A stretch of DNA of 64,000 nucleotides from Vezdaea acicularis. Its lineage: Eukaryota. The stretch is from NCBI GenBank assembly GCA_026025075.1, contig JAPEUI010000077.1, positions 1 to 64,000 on the forward strand, written 5' to 3'. This document shows, piece by piece, positions 1-10,774 of the stretch (its first letter is position 1; the number at the start of each line of letters is the position of its first letter). Under the pieces are notes generated by a model. It saw only the letters and a program-made list of their open reading frames with translations, was not told the DNA's origin and searched no databases. The position numbers and the translations under genes were made by a program.

Positions 1-2656
1 GGCTTGGAAGGTGTGTTTCGTTGGGACTGGATGGCGCTGAGGGGGACAAGTCTTCTCCGAAGAGTGGGGGTTCGGTGACTCGGGTCCTTTTCGAGTGCTG
101 GGAGGTTCCACTCTGGAACGGGACCTTGTCAAGACTTGGCCTTTGGGAAGGATAATGCTTCTCCTTTAGTTCGTGGAGGTTCCGTACTGGGATTAGTAGG
201 GGCTTGTATGCGTGCGATTGTGCCGAATCCGAGTCTTTTTTTAGTGGGAAATGCTCCTGCGATTTCCTTAGAGGCTCTGATTTCCGTTGAAGTAATGGCG
301 AGCATGACCATGGCTCTGGCGAGTCACCCAGGAGCATGCTGGATAAACGTGGTGTCTGATGTAAATCTAAAGGCATATTTGCCTGCTTTCCTCGGAGTCG
401 GTGATCTCCCCTGTCAGCCAGCCGGGCACCCTGTTCGTCGCCTGAGTAGTTCGATCCATCATCGCTCGAGTCATAGTGTAAATATCGTGTTGCGAAGCCT
501 GGCGTACTCTTGATTATAGTCATGGCGTGCTCATCGTATTCAGTCTCATGAGATTCGCCATTCTGTCTCGATTTCCTTGGGGTCCTAAGCGATTGGGCTT
601 CCACTTTTGATGCATTGAACCCTTGATTGGAAGCTCTCATCTCGACCTCTTCCACCCATACGGCATGCTTTCGGTTACCTGTCCCTTCTGCAAATTCATT
701 GGATGCTTTGATGGCGATATTTGTAAGACAGAAGTTTGAATCGTAGTCATTATCGAGAAGTTGCTGTACAAATCGCTTCATATGATGGAAGCCAACGTCT
801 CCTGTTCCTTTGCCGCAGCATCTTGCAATGGAGCAGAGAAATGAGGCGAGGTCATCATCAGGATCGTTTTGGTCTTGCTTTTGGCTTCCGGGAGCTATTC
901 TTCGCGGGTAATTCATCACGGAGGCTAGTAGGGATATCTTTTCCTGTAAGATAATCTTGGTTGGATTTCTCCGGATGGTGAGTAGAATGTCTGCAAACAA
1001 AACAGAAGCAAGCTCCGTTGAATAGAAGACCTGAAGGTGAGAGCTTCTCAAATAGTTGACATTATCGTAAAGACCTGAAAATAGCTGAGGGATTAACCTT
1101 GTAGGCGCTCGAGTTTCTACTGCCACCGGCTCTGAGAAATACTGGTAGAAGCTTTCTACTGCTGTGAGAGCGCTTACTAGGCTCATGACTGGATTTCTCC
1201 ACGTCTGCTCGGGTTCTGCAAACACTTTCCCCTCGTTTTTCGGGGGCTGCTGTGGAAGGCAGTCTTGGTAGTCGTCTTTGCCCCTTGGCAAGCTGCATAT
1301 TAGTCGGATGACTATATCAATGAGATCGATAGCATAAGTACCCGCCGAGTCATTTCGCACTATTGAAGTAACGGCAAAACTCCAGACAGCTTCCATGCCC
1401 GGCACTGAAAGCCATGTTTTAGGGTCTTTCACAGCCTCAAGTACTGCGCCGACCTGACGGTAGAGGAACCCATATCTGCCAAGTTGGGCCGTGAATGTGT
1501 GCAGTGCATCTAACCGCATGTGGGGCTTTAGATGGAGGCATGCCTTGGACGTCTTACGTGCTTTTGTTGGGTTTGTAGCTCTCATCAAACATGCAAAGAG
1601 CGTTTCAGCCTCTCTTGAGGCGCGGAGGTCTTTCGTGTCCAAACAAAGCCAAATTAAAGCCTTCGCCATATCTACCGAGAACATGCAGTCTTTTATAGCC
1701 TCGCCGAGGATGTAGGTACCATGAGCTCGAACGATCTGTTTCAGAGGCCGCCATCCGTTTTCGGAAGGACTATAGTGCGCTTCCAAGCCAGAATATATTT
1801 CTGTGGTAACGCGTGTCGAGATAGAATCACATCTTGTGTTGTCGGTTTCTCCGCGGTCTTTTAACCAGAGTTCATCCGCTTTGATGAAGTCCGGCACTCG
1901 ACGAAGGCACATCGAGAAAAGTGACGGAGCGCCTTTCCGTTGGGATTCCGAAAGCGATGAGGCGGTTGTGCTCAGAAGAGTGTGGAAACTGTCACAGATA
2001 CTCAGAAATGCGAGATGTGTGGATTGTCCCGTTGACCTCCCCAAACGGCGGAGGATCTCGTCCATTTCTACACTCTGAGCCCATTTGCTACCCTTACGAA
2101 CACGAATGCTAGGAGCCTTGCCATCTTCCTCTTGCTCCTGCGCGCTGCTTTCAGTGTCCCCACAGACTTGGTGATGTTGTAGACTCTGGGCAATCACTGG
2201 GGTGGGGATTGTGAACTCTCTAATCCCATTGCCCTTTCGAGAATTATCTGGAGTCATATGGTTTGTGGCATCTTTTCTGGGCCTTCCTCGGCCGCGCCTC
2301 ACATAGCTCTTTTTGATTGGCCTCTTGCGACCTGCCTCCGGAACCCATCTTGGGTCTGGCCCCTCATCATCTGAGCACTCCAGCTGAAGGGTATCATTAT
2401 CACCGGCCCTGAGCACATCATGTGTATTATCTTCTAACTTCTTCGCGCCGCTCGACTTGCCCGAATTCTTTTTCGAGGTATCTTTGGTGATAGCGTCATG
2501 CCGGAGAGCTGCTACTTTGGAGACAATAGGCCGTAGTAGTCGATTACATCGAGTCGCAGTCCAGGCGGCGCGAGCTCCACAAGGTGATTCCGGAAAACTT
2601 GAAGTATCTGGATTACGTCTTAAAGGACTAAGCTTGGGAACAGCTAGTTGCCCCAT
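1..2656 (-). CDS. Conserved fungal protein of unknown function with an AT-hook-like motif (partial, runs off the window start)
   Basis: Hand translation from ATG 2656: MGQLAVPK...AWTATRCNRLLRPIVSKVAALR...RRGRGRPRK...GAPSLFSMCLRRVPDFIK...GWRPLKQIVRAHG. Absent from the ORF track, consistent with no stop inside the window. Confidence 0.75.
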   Translation of the reverse strand, partial: MGQLAVPKLSPLRRNPDTSSFPESPCGARAAWTATRCNRLLRPIVSKVAALRHDAITKDTSKKNSGKSSGAKKLEDNTHDVLRAGDNDTLQLECSDDEGPDPRWVPEAGRKRPIKKSYVRRGRGRPRKDATNHMTPDNSRKGNGIREFTIPTPVIAQSLQHHQVCGDTESSAQEQEEDGKAPSIRVRKGSKWAQSVEMDEILRRLGRSTGQSTHLAFLSICDSFHTLLSTTASSLSESQRKGAPSLFSMCLRRVPDFIKADELWLKDRGETDNTRCDSISTRVTTEIYSGLEAHYSPSENGWRPLKQIVRAHGTYILGEAIKDCMFSVDMAKALIWLCLDTKDLRASREAETLFACLMRATNPTKARKTSKACLHLKPHMRLDALHTFTAQLGRYGFLYRQVGAVLEAVKDPKTWLSVPGMEAVWSFAVTSIVRNDSAGTYAIDLIDIVIRLICSLPRGKDDYQDCLPQQPPKNEGKVFAEPEQTWRNPVMSLVSALTAVESFYQYFSEPVAVETRAPTRLIPQLFSGLYDNVNYLRSSHLQVFYSTELASVLFADILLTIRRNPTKIILQEKISLLASVMNYPRRIAPGSQKQDQNDPDDDLASFLCSIARCCGKGTGDVGFHHMKRFVQQLLDNDYDSNFCLTNIAIKASNEFAEGTGNRKHAVWVEEVEMRASNQGFNASKVEAQSLRTPRKSRQNGESHETEYDEHAMTIIKSTPGFATRYLHYDSSDDGSNYSGDEQGARLADRGDHRLRGKQANMPLDLHQTPRLSSMLLGDSPEPWSCSPLLQRKSEPLRKSQEHFPLKKDSDSAQSHAYKPLLIPVRNLHELKEKHYPSQRPSLDKVPFQSGTSQHSKRTRVTEPPLFGEDLSPSAPSSPNETHLPS

Positions 2657-3518
2657 CGAAAAAAAAAATAGGCAAGCTATGCCCTCATTAGCTGAAAATC
2701 CATACGGCGCCCACGACAGCTGGACCGTGCTCACCAATGGAAAAGCAAAGACTATACGCTTGTCTAATCCATACCCTAAAGTGATGCTAGAGACGCGAAC
2801 GTCGGATCTATGATGCTGAAGCTATGACTTTAGTATTCTAGTTTTGCGAGATGATGGTGGAGCGTGGAGGCGGAGTAAACAAATGGAAAATCGTTAATCC
2901 GCTAAGTACGGAGCAACCCTGTTCACGGCTTTACCAACCCGTGCGACCGAACAGAAAGGGATGCATCGTTGCTTCATGGATAGTTATCACCGTTGCAAGT
3001 AATCTTAAAAGCGAAGCTAGTGTTATAGCATCCAAGCTGTCTTCATCAAGAGATGGAAGTACACGACCCGCCATACGGTAGGAATTACAAGCTCTTAATG
3101 ATAAAAGTACGTCCATATCCACCGCCTCATGGATGTCGCAAAATATAAAACTGATAGTGGAGTTGAGGTAACAATACCGTGCCAGAGGTTGGCGGAATCC
3201 ATGCCAGGGACGCCGAGCAAGCGTTCCGATGCTCCAGGCCTTTCCCAATCCCATCCAAACCGCCGCGACCGTTCCCGGCAACAGGTCCGTAAACAAAAGG
3301 AAAACGTTTGCGCCCCACCCATCCCATTCCGTCCGTACATCCGTCCACAACGCTCCGTCCCATCCGTTGCATACTTGGCCGCCAAACCCATTGATTGCAC
3401 GTGAGCCAGCGCTAATGCTCGAGAGACATTACCGTCCCAGACCCCAAAGGAAAAAGAAGAGAAGGAAAAAACGCGCCATCCGGCCCCGTACCCATTTGAT
3501 GTTTATGTTACACGGCCC

Positions 3519-4781
3519 TTAGGCCTTACCCAAACGCAGTAAAGCCTCGATCGCCTCCCGCTCCTGGACGTCAGATGCAAGAACGCCGTCCTGAATGCTA
3601 TTATCGCTGTAGTGATGATTATTAGATAGGTGATATTTCCTGTTGTTATGCACAAGCGCTGGCGGAGTAGGTTTTGCCAGCGCCGAAGTGACGGGCCCGC
3701 CGCCACTGCGATTGCTGTTATATACACGCGTCGCCATATAATTGCGCCCTATAAGAGCTGGATAGGATGCCTTACGCAAGGCAGCGGCTCCTATCGCAGC
3801 CCAGTCTTCCTCGTCCGTTACGTCGTCGGGGTCTTCGTCCAAGACCGGTCCTTCCTCTGGCGCAGCCTCGGAGGAGGAATAAGATTCTTCGCCGTCGAAA
3901 GACATCTTGTCGGCTTCGTGCTCGGCCATTGTGATGTCCTCAAGATATGGCATTTCCATCTCTTCGTCGTGAGAGAAGACAAAAGATTCACCAGTCATGC
4001 TTCTCCCTGCCTGCGTACTCGTGCGGCGACCCATCCAGTCTTTGCCTGGAATCGCTAGGGAGCTATTGGCGTAAGATGAAGGCACGCTCGCCGGAGGTGA
4101 GATACCCAGTAGAGAGTTCTTCTGGCGGCTCTCACGAGGGGGTTGTCCCTTGATGCGAGCGTCCCATCGGCCCCAGCCGACCTTCTCAAATTCCACGTCT
4201 CCGTTCACACCACCGCCTTCACCTCCGTTCCCTCGTCCTTCAAGTGCACCCACGACTAGTCGTCTAGCCTTCGCTGGTGGAATACCAGAGAAGCCCGGGA
4301 CGGATGTAGTCAGGTAACCCATGACATGACGGATCGCCAGAGGGCCATGGGCAAGGAGGATATCCGGCAGGTGGTGTCTAGCCAATAGGGAGGGAGTGAT
4401 GGCTCCTGCGGCGTCAAAAGGAATGGAGGATTTGTCGCTCGCGACTACAAAGCCATGTTGTGGCTTTACGGCCTGAACGTTGTCATCGGTCCCAGCGTCC
4501 TGAAGATCGATATCAGAATCCACGTGGATCGGTGTGGCAGGTGTAGCAGGCGTGGTCGCCTGAACTTGAGGCTTGAAACCCTGCGGCGGAAGATTCGGAG
4601 AGATGGAGTTGGGCGGAGTAGGAAGCATGCTGCCTGGTTTGCCGGTAGGGACTGACCTTGCTGCTACTGCAGCGAAGGTGTCTCGTCCAACAAAGCTGGT
4701 GTGATGGTGATGCTTGGGATGATCGATGGGCACCGTATTGCCAGTGAAGGCCACAGCGGCATCGGATTTGGTGGGAGCCAT
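3519..4781 (-). CDS. STB3: Sin3-binding protein Stb3 family
   Basis: 420-aa single-exon ORF with HLPDILLAHGPLAIRHVMGYLTTSVPGFSGIPPAKARRLVVGALE...FEKVGWGRW and TDEEDW motifs. Confidence 0.88.
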   Translation of the reverse strand: MAPTKSDAAVAFTGNTVPIDHPKHHHHTSFVGRDTFAAVAARSVPTGKPGSMLPTPPNSISPNLPPQGFKPQVQATTPATPATPIHVDSDIDLQDAGTDDNVQAVKPQHGFVVASDKSSIPFDAAGAITPSLLARHHLPDILLAHGPLAIRHVMGYLTTSVPGFSGIPPAKARRLVVGALEGRGNGGEGGGVNGDVEFEKVGWGRWDARIKGQPPRESRQKNSLLGISPPASVPSSYANSSLAIPGKDWMGRRTSTQAGRSMTGESFVFSHDEEMEMPYLEDITMAEHEADKMSFDGEESYSSSEAAPEEGPVLDEDPDDVTDEEDWAAIGAAALRKASYPALIGRNYMATRVYNSNRSGGGPVTSALAKPTPPALVHNNRKYHLSNNHHYSDNSIQDGVLASDVQEREAIEALLRLGKA

Positions 4782-6503
4782 GTTGATTTCAAAAAGCTTT
4801 CTCGTCGTCTACGATGATTGGAGTGAATGAGTCAACGCGAACCCGATGGATAACAGCAGGCCGACGACGCGACGGCTGACTGCAGAAGTTAAAGGCGGTA
4901 GCTTACCTCACAAAGACTCAGGAGCGAAGCAGGAGTCGCGAGTGACGATTCAACTAGCAGCACTTATGCAAGTTGATAACAGATCGATGGAAGCCGTTCG
5001 ATGTTTACCGAACAGCCTGAGCCGATGAGCGACGAGCGAGAAAGCGAATCTTGAAGGCGACGTAGGGCTGGCTGAGATCGGTAGCAGACACGGTCTCTCG
5101 GAGGGTGGTAGTTGGATTTATTCTGACAGTTTCTGAATAGCTATGGTTTGGTAAGTGGTGTTGTTCTGGAGAACAAAGCGGGGGTGTATGGAGGTGGGAA
5201 GGATACCTTTAAGATGGGTGTGATGAGCGAAATCGGGCATTGGGTTGCGTAACGAGCAAAAAGACAGAACACGGTTGTGCTTGCATGAGCGAAAAGAGGA
5301 AAAGCGGACGAGCGAGAGAGCGCAGGAATGGGCAGGTTCTGCGCCGGGCAGGTGATTGGCGACAGCGTTCCGGCACCCACGCCGGAAGCAGGGCTGGCTA
5401 AACTGCTCCCGCCAGGCCCGAATCTGACCGTCTGACGGGCGCGAGGGATCGCTGGGACGGACGGACCTCCAGGCGGCCGCTGCGAGAGCCGTCAAAGTCG
5501 AGCTGAACGAGCAGAATGAGTGGCAGCCACCAGGTCGCATTCCCCAGTTCTCCGTCCACTGCAGCCGAGAAGCCATCCATTCCAGGTTGTGCGGAGGGAA
5601 AAAAGAAAGCGACGCGTGCAAATTCTTAAGACGCGGAGATTGCGCAATGGCGAAAAATTCTCCCCACTTCACAAAAGGAAGGATACGGCATCGCCGGCGT
5701 CGCTGTTGTCCGTGTGAACCGCTGTGCGGCATGAAGGACCGTTTCACGTGAGCAGCCAAATCTGATGGTCCTCCCTCAGGTACGGCGACTTTGCGCTCGC
5801 ACGCTGTATTACTGGCGGCTGCGATTGGTTGTGGAGGGCAGGCCAGCTTTCGCACCTCTCTCTGTTCCTTGCTGGCGGTACCCATCCGTCCCATCCACGA
5901 GGCGAGCCCACCTGCGGTGTCTTTCCCGCTGCCATGCAATACTTCAGCCACGAGCTATCGCTATCCACAGATGCAACAACGTGATCATCCAAAGCGGGGG
6001 AAGGCTCGAGCGTGCAAGCGTTCGCTGGAGGTGTCTGCGGCTTTACGATTTGATAGTCTTCGCCCGCTCGGCCGTCTCTGCCATGCTGCCATTTTTCTTG
6101 GTAGCGCCGACCATATCGAAGTTTCCTGAATCCAGGGCGGTGGGATCCGGACGAGGTAGAGAGATAGACACGGTATCGGGAGGAACCGGTTTTGTTCTTT
6201 ATCAGAGTTTGTTATCGCAAGGTACCAGGTACCGTGAGTGCCGCGAACCGCAAAGCCAGGAGGCCAGCTCCTAGGCGCTCGGCATTGTTGCGATAAGCCT
6301 GTTTGATTGTCGCAAGTGAGAGAAGGCCTCAGTGGCGTTTGTGGCGCTCCCACTTCGGATGTTGTGCAGCACCCCAGACTGGCGCGATGACCCCCACTGG
6401 CACGCCAATCTCGTCGATCACGACAATACCGGCATTTTTACGAGATCAACCCGTCAGCAGTTCTTAAGCCTGTCATAGCTGATGACCAGGGTCTATTGCT
6501 CCG

Positions 6504-8959
6504 TCATTGTCTTCCTTGGTTTAGAACGTAGCGCCTGCAGGCCTGGGACATGAGTTCGTTAACAGCTGAAGGCCCAAACTTGCGGGTGTAGAGTATGTAC
6601 TAACATTCTTAAGGACGTCAATCTGTTGCGACGTCTTGACAAATACTTCTCTGTACTGCTCCAAGCTCTCTTGGACAACTTGATTGCGGGTCTTCGTACC
6701 AGCACAGATTGCTTTCATCTTCAATTCCATCTGCAACTCAATTAGCGATGAACCTATCTCGGAGAACTAGCCCATAGTGGCAGGAGCCTTCAAGTACCTC
6801 TTTTCTAAGGAATGGCTTGCTTAGGCTGGTATCAAACCCAATTTGGTCGTAGCCTTCGACAAGCGCGACACCGAGCGTGGTTGGAATGAATTCCACCATA
6901 GAGTTTCCACTCGGTCTTTGGGGGCCACTGTCAGCAAGTCCCGCACGGCCACGCTCTCTGCCTCTTCTATCTCGCGATCCACGTGAGGGAGCCCCGTTCC
7001 CATCATCCATGTTACGTCCAGCAGCAGACTTCATTTGAGTCATCACGTACTGCCGCTCCTTAATCTTAGCGATGTGCTCTGCCATCGTGGCATCAGTACC
7101 GATACCGTTGGCATCCATCAACGCGATCAGTTCGGGCTCAGTAAGATAGCCGGGTGCAGTCGTCTTCCCTTCATTCATGGCCGCCTCTGTCGGCTGGAAT
7201 TGCTCTCCAACCGTATATGCTGGAAGCCTCTGACTGCTCTCCCATTTGTCGTACGGATACACCTCTAAATAGTTTCGTGCTCGCACAATCAGGCCATTGG
7301 CATGGAAGGATTCATCTCCATACTCAATCTCTACCATGGTCGATTCGCCCTTTGCATCCTCGGAACAACAGGCCAGGAAGCGACGCGTAACGAACTCATA
7401 CACTCGACGGTGCTCGTCGCTCTCAAGTGCGTTCGCGTTGACGAAGGTCACCGGGTGTATAGGAGGATGAGCTTGATCATTGTTACGGCCGGCTCGTGGC
7501 TGGCGGAAATTGCCGCCTATCAAGCTGTCTCTCACTTAGCGATTGCGCTGAGTAAGACCTAAGTTTGGTGCTTACTCTCGAGCATACTGTCCCCATTGGG
7601 GAGCCGGGTATTGCTTTTCCACCAACTTTTTGAGGTCCATTCCTTTGTCAAATTGGTCCGTCTCGGTCCTAGGATAACTGATAAAGCCTTTGTTATAAAG
7701 CTCCTCTGCTATCTGAATAGTTTTAGCTCGACCCCTTATTCCATGACCTTGGACAACATACCTTCATAACTCGCTGACTGTCCATGCGTAGAAACCTACT
7801 CCCTAATTTCTGCAACTCAACAGTAGTAAGGGGAAGGGGTCTCCATTTACTAGTGGGTTTTTTCTGCATCTTGATAACCTTGGCTACCTTGGCTGCAAGG
7901 CACCGCTCGAACAAGATAGTGACAGCCATCCTGTCAAAAAGACGGACTCGGCGCCAGCTAAATGTAACATTAACATCCTCCCTAGTGTGCATAACTTTGA
8001 TACTCCAGAAGTTTTCTGGTACGAAATTCTTGACCCGGAAATATCGGTCAACGACAAACCCAAGGGTTGGAAACTGGCAAGAACCTAGTCATTGAGTGTC
8101 AGCTGCAGTCACAGCTGCAATTCGTGAGTGTTTATCTACTTACCATAGCTAATTACCTGATCACTTAGCTCTGGGCCTAGGGGCTGAAGAGCAAGTGTCT
8201 GAAGTCGAGTAAAAGCAGATCCAATTCGGAGATCAAGCTCAATACGTGCGGCAACAGCATTGACCTGTCGTTCATCAAGATCAACTGGACTTCGAGCCGC
8301 TTGCAGTACATGGCTACCATTTGTTAGGACTTGAATGGAGTTTTGGGACGAGAAGACGTACGCTCTCTCTATATTGCTAAATCGTGCCCTCTTGATTTCG
8401 AAGCGTCCATTTGACTTCCTCGCAATGTCACGTACTTCGCCGCCAATATGCTCCCCTTCTCGATCGCAATCTGTCCATATGAATAGAGCCTTGCAGTACT
8501 GAGCCTGCCTCTGGATATTATCTGCTATGGCCGTCTTGTCCTACAACTTGACTTAGATACAATTGACAGGCCTTCAGGGGCTTGAAGTCCTCTTACTTGA
8601 TCGACTTTGTTGATGACGCGTGCATCAAATAGAGCCCCTGGTTGGCATGACTTCCAGCCTCGGAAGGCCGGATCAAAGTCTGAATTGGTCATATGTCCAA
8701 TTACGCTTGTCATAGTGACAGAGCAATTCCCCCACGGAGCTCCAAATGGAAACGTGAACTCGTAGTTCTTGACATATGGATTTCCATTGATGGAGCGCTA
8801 TATTGTTAGCCTCTTGAATGCTCATGCAACTACAAATGTGGGCACAGGATCTTGTAGTGGGGCAATTACAGTCTGAACCTGTCCCCCACCAAGGTGCTGC
8901 GCGACTGCCTTTGCAATTGAAGGTTTCTCAGCCACACAAAGAATTCTGTTCCCAGGCAT
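6504..8959 (-). CDS. TOP3: DNA topoisomerase III (type IA), multi-exon
   Basis: MPGNRILCVAEKPSIAKAVA TOPRIM start; TSVIGHM, PLPLTTVELQK, DQAHPPIHP and GIGTDATMAEHI motifs; last exon ACRRYVLNQGRQ*. Confidence 0.95.
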
Positions 8960-9277
8960 CTTCCTCTATAGGTTCATCTATGCCTTTTTCATGCATGGTC
9001 TGTACGCTGCGCTCACCCAGTCAATTGCTCGACGTTGCGAGCTTCGCGTAGCACAATGGTGTTGTCTAAACCCGGAAAAAAGGTTTGGTTTCTCGCGTGT
9101 TTAGCGAGCTCGGGATGATCTCCGCCGCCAAGACAAGATAATCCCTGACTATAGCGTCGTTGTAGCCGTCATCCTGGAGTATCTCTCTTATTTACTTCTG
9201 AATCTGATCGTGCTCGCACCCTCATACCGGATCACCAACTCAACCGCAGATCGCCTACCTCGAGGCTTGCAGCCGAG

Positions 9278-10405
9278 ATGGCTCTCCCAGCCGTCAAGAC
9301 CTTGGGCGATTGCACCGACTTTGGCATCACTGTGCTACCCTACCTGTCGCAGATGAAAACACTCCCCATCCAGCTCTACCAATCCTACAATGATCCTCAG
9401 GCACTCAAAGACATATACCTATCTACAAACCCTGTTATCACATCGCTCGCGTTCGCGCTCTACATCTGCTTTCCAATTTTCTGGATTGTCTCCGATGCCA
9501 ATAGGAACTACTCTCAGGTAGACCGCATGTGGAGCTTTCTCCCTACGATGCACAATGCCCATTTCGTGGTCTACGCGCATATGACGGGCCTTCCCACGCA
9601 AAGGCTTGACACTCTTCTTGCATGCAGTGTAGTCTGGAGTCTTCGCCTGACATACAACTACTGGAGAAAGGGCGGATATCAGATTGGGCATGAGGACTAT
9701 CGCTGGTTCGTTGCAAACCCTCATTGCCTCTTCACCGAGGCCCACTGTTTCTAACAAACCCTTAGGGAATTCCTCCGCTCCAAACTCTCCCCAAATATTT
9801 ATCACTTATTCTCCATCCTCTTCAACTATCTCTTCCAATCAATCCTCCTAATGCTGATCGCAACCCCAACCTACGTCCTTCTTCTCGCCTCTCCTATACT
9901 CCCTAGCAGTATGACCGTCCCTGACATCGTCTTCAGCCGCCTACTCATGGCACTCGTCCTTCTCGAATATTTCGCCGACGCCCAACAATGGACGTACCAG
10001 AACGCCAAGAAGGCCTATCAAGCTACCGCCAAAGTCCCTCTCGGCTTCGAGCGCGAAGACCTCGACCGCGGCTTCGTAGTGACTGGTCTGTGGAGCTGGA
10101 GTCGGCACCCGAACTTCGCGGCCGAGCAAGCTTTCTGGGTCTGTCTGTACCAATGGGCTGTGTGGGACACGGAGGGCTACTTCAACTGGACCATCGTGGG
10201 TCCACTCTTATATCTCGCGCTATTCCAGGGTAGTACATGGTTCACGGAGCTCATCACCAAGGGGAAATACCCCGAGTACGCGGAGTACCAGCGACGAGTG
10301 GGCAAGTTCGTCCCGAAGCTCAGTTCGGAGCTGCCGGAGGATAAGTTGGTGGAGGCGACTGAGAAGGCGGCCGAGAATGTAAAAGCGGAGGCGAAGAAAG
10401 ATTAG
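9278..10405 (+). CDS. DUF1295 / steroid 5-alpha-reductase-like membrane protein, 2 exons
   Basis: NYSQVDRMWS, RLTYNYWRKGGY..EDYRW, GLWSWSRHPNFAAEQ, KYPEYAEYQRRV; intron ~9705-9765. Confidence 0.9.
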
Positions 10406-10774
10406 AGGAGGGGGCAATGGTATGGGGTGCAAGGGGCACTAGGAGCAATAAGCGAGCATTTATTGGCTTATTTATGACTTTTTATTAGTTAATACAATGC
10501 AATTCTTACGGCATCACAAGGCGTGCACCGCACCAGTGTGATTCTATTGAAATGCCAATGTCCGCATAAAGGAGAGGAGGAAGGAGGCCACGCTTGGAGC
10601 CCTTTTCTAGACCTGAACCCCAACAACGATGCATAAAGAAGATGCCGAATATGTACATTTCAAACAGGAAGAGAGCTTCAATCGATTGATTTATAAGCAG
10701 GAGCGGGGGATTCGGGTGGGTTATCGATCTAGGACTCCAGCATTAGCGAAACACTTCCCTTACGAGAACCCGAA

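Noticed and set aside
3519..4781. Functional link between STB3 (Sin3-binding) and the PAH2-bearing mosaic gene
   Set aside because: 58 kb apart with many unrelated genes between; no evidence beyond coincidence.
5118..6353. 277-aa and overlapping ORFs between STB3 and TOP3
   Set aside because: No domain or coding-like composition; more likely the STB3 promoter/leader.
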